A stretch of DNA of 24,000 nt, taken from assembly GCA_028280145.1 (NCBI GenBank), contig JANQMM010000059.1:645-24644 (forward strand), in the 5' to 3' direction. The position numbers and the translations under genes were made by a program. The notes under the pieces were generated by a model that was given only the letters and a program-made list of their open reading frames with translations, searched no databases and had not been told where the DNA came from. Origin of the DNA: Minisyncoccota bacterium. GTDB lineage: Bacteria > Patescibacteriota > Minisyncoccia > Phycocordibacterales > JACZSL01. Positions 22,457 to 24,000 of the stretch are shown here, piece after piece. Each line of letters opens with the position of its first letter. The first letter of the stretch is position 1.

Positions 22457-22607
22457 GTGGCTTGAAATGTTGCCACAAAGAATAATTAGATACAGCCTAA
22501 CCCTTATGGTTGCATAAGGTATGGCGAAAAACCCGGTTGAGATTCTGCCTTTGTCATACAAAGGTATATGCCTCTGTCGGGTTATCCGGTCGAGGTCTTT
22601 TTTATTT
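22457..22607 (+). ncRNA. Candidate about 150 nt structured small RNA between the recombinase and the RT, convergent with the RT
   Basis: The predicted start is about 7 nt after the -10. There are three hairpins: gtggc/gccac at 22457-22476, ccttatg/cataagg at 22502-22519 and cctttgt/acaaagg at 22548-22564. A plus-strand intrinsic terminator closes it. No convincing ORF is present. Confidence 0.3.
22571..22607 (+). terminator. Plus-strand rho-independent terminator overlapping the RT stop codon
   Basis: The stem cctctgtcgg-gttat-ccggtcgagg is followed by tcttttttattt. On the minus strand no T-run follows the hairpin. Confidence 0.6.
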
Positions 22608-23651
22608 ATCATTCATCCAAAACCACAACTTATTCTGTAAATCTTCAGATAGCCTATGAGTGTTTGCATGAGACAGTAACCCGAGGTAAGAGTGCAATGT
22701 TTGGTGAACTGTCTCCTCACATATCTCACTTGTTCGATACTCTTCTGCTCGGTTATGCAACTTTCGCGTCAACCGTCGCTTGGTTTTTGTTCTCAGCAGT
22801 GTGTGGTGTGGCCTGATGATATACCCAAGAAAATCAATACCACGATTCAGTTTTCGAACTTCAACTTTATGTGGGTGTAGTTCAAGATGTAGTTTTTCTT
22901 TTAGGAACAATTCTATCTCTTGTAGTAAATCATCAAAGATATCTTTCCTGTCAGTAAGAATGACAAAATCATCAGTGTATCTCACATAATATTTGACTTT
23001 TAACTCATGCTTTATGAATTGATCAAACTCATTCATGTGCACGTTAGCAAATAGCTGAGAGGTGAGATTTCCAATAGGAAGACCTCGTTTATCAAACAGC
23101 TCACCAGAGGCAGTAAAACTACTGATTATCTCCTGAAGCAACCAAGTCACGTCATTGTCCCGAACTTTATTACTAAGTAAATGTAAAAGAACAGAATGGT
23201 CAACGCTATCAAAAAACTTCTTTATGTCACACTTTAACGCAAAACATGGCCTCGTATAGTTTTGACTAACTTTTCTTGTCATGTCTGCAAGAACCGCGAC
23301 ACCCTTATGGTTTCCTTTACCGATTCGACAGGAAAAGGAAGTGGGTATAAACGTCGGTTCAAACAAATCATTTAAAACTCTAAAAACAGCATGATGAACA
23401 ACTCTGTCCCGCACAGTCGCCTTGTGTATATGACGAACTTTTGGATCCCGGATGTAGAAACCGAAATAAGGTCCATGTCGATATTTTTTACTCTTCAAGC
23501 CATGATGTAGCTGAAAAATGTTCTGCTCAAGGTAGAATTCAAACTTTGCTACATCTGGTTTGTTGCGCTTTCCTTTCTTAAATTTTTCCCAAGACAAAAA
23601 GAGATTCTCAGGAGAAATAACTTTATTAAATAAATCTTTATAAACAATCAT
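22602..23651 (-). CDS. Reverse transcriptase of the diversity-generating retroelement (DGR) type
   Basis: GLPIGNLTSQLFANV (IGNLTSQ = nt 23055-23075) is the (I/L/V)GxxxSQ signature of DGR RTs. It also has YTDD at 22968-22979 and the N-terminus ..ENLFLSWEKFKKGKRNK..DPKVRHIHKATVRDRVVHHAV. Confidence 0.85.
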   Translation of the reverse strand: MIVYKDLFNKVISPENLFLSWEKFKKGKRNKPDVAKFEFYLEQNIFQLHHGLKSKKYRHGPYFGFYIRDPKVRHIHKATVRDRVVHHAVFRVLNDLFEPTFIPTSFSCRIGKGNHKGVAVLADMTRKVSQNYTRPCFALKCDIKKFFDSVDHSVLLHLLSNKVRDNDVTWLLQEIISSFTASGELFDKRGLPIGNLTSQLFANVHMNEFDQFIKHELKVKYYVRYTDDFVILTDRKDIFDDLLQEIELFLKEKLHLELHPHKVEVRKLNRGIDFLGYIIRPHHTLLRTKTKRRLTRKLHNRAEEYRTSEICEETVHQTLHSYLGLLSHANTHRLSEDLQNKLWFWMNDK

Positions 23652-24000
23652 GAATGAATTCGATATACCACTATTTAAAAAGTCATATGACTTATATAAA
23701 ATTCTCCACGAGTACTACCATATAATCCCGAAAAAAGATCGCTTTACTACGTTTGAACGGTCTGAGAATGTGCTACTTGAAGTTATCTCTGGTCTTTTCA
23801 AAGCCAGTACACAACCAAAGAAAGAAAAGTTAGAAACGCTTGAACAAATTAGTGTTGATCTTAATCTGTTTCGTGTGTTTATACGATTAATGAAGGATAC
23901 GAAGGCACTTGATAATAAAAAGTACACAGTCCTTCAGAGTGAGGTTGATGAGATTGGACGCATGCTTGGTGGTTGGATACGTTCACTTAAAAACGATTAA
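23650..24000 (+). CDS. avd: Avd-like four-helix-bundle accessory protein (DGR accessory variability determinant family)
   Basis: The 116 aa protein is predicted to be helical and ends ..VDEIGRMLGGWIRSLKN (GGW at 23968-23976), as in Avd / 23S-IVS-type four-helix-bundle proteins. Its stop codon is the last triplet of the window. Confidence 0.7.
   Translation: MNEFDIPLFKKSYDLYKILHEYYHIIPKKDRFTTFERSENVLLEVISGLFKASTQPKKEKLETLEQISVDLNLFRVFIRLMKDTKALDNKKYTVLQSEVDEIGRMLGGWIRSLKND

Larger units (their letters stand above)
20175..24000. mobile_element. Putative integrative element or prophage end adjacent to tRNA-Ser, carrying a large serine recombinase and a DGR core (right boundary outside the window)
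   Basis: The tRNA-adjacent position, the recombinase, the retroelement genes and the orphan small ORFs all point this way. No second boundary is visible. Confidence 0.45.

Noticed and set aside
22345-22601. The spacer downstream of the RT as the DGR template repeat (TR)
   Set aside because: It has no partner repeat in the window. It has no AAC/AAT-rich codon pattern, and its only open frame (the 76 aa ORF 22382..22612) has no lectin-like or FGE-like sequence. A plus-strand small RNA explains it better.
1-24000. CRISPR arrays, rRNA genes, transposase-bearing IS elements
   Set aside because: By eye I found no regularly spaced short repeats, no rRNA-like conserved blocks, and no DDE/HUH transposase ORFs. 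A computational scan (CRT/minced, barrnap, ISEScan) would be needed for certainty.

Overview
The window is bacterial, moderately AT-rich and densely packed with short genes. The gene content (pilMNO, repeated TrmB-like regulators, a DGR, L19 with a long tail) suggests a small-genome uncultivated lineage such as Patescibacteria/CPR; that placement is inference only. The housekeeping backbone is: ArsR-family operon, YbaK-type deacylase, HAD phosphatase, DUF2914-like membrane protein, PLD/cardiolipin-synthase-like protein, acyP-uppS-RluA-family synthase-rplS-tRNA-Leu, a Nudix hydrolase, pilM-pilN-pilO-like, a tRNA-binding protein and ruvX. There are five tRNA genes: His, Val, Leu, Arg and Ser. 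Accessory DNA clusters around these tRNAs. (1) 20175-24000, beside tRNA-Ser, holds a nested palindrome, a small PD-(D/E)xK-like protein, a large serine recombinase, a candidate about 150 nt structured RNA with its own promoter and terminator, and a DGR core. The DGR core is a reverse transcriptase with the IGNLTSQ signature plus an Avd-like four-helix protein, arranged head-to-head with interlocked start codons. No TR/VR pair or target gene is in the window. (2) 12630-15900 is a 3.3 kb island bounded by perfect 64 bp direct repeats. It carries a decayed recombinase fragment, an unusual GTP cyclohydrolase II fused to a PRAI(TrpF)-like domain, and a divergent TrmB-like regulator. The repeats and several degenerate internal copies are built from the 3' end of tRNA-Val in both orientations. 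(3) There are similar tRNA-end fragments next to tRNA-His and tRNA-Arg. (4) A two-gene orphan module (HhH-GPD/Fe-S-like protein plus a 341 aa unknown) sits upstream of tRNA-His. At least six genes have a -10 box 5-6 nt from the ATG, which suggests leaderless mRNAs. No rRNA or CRISPR array was seen.
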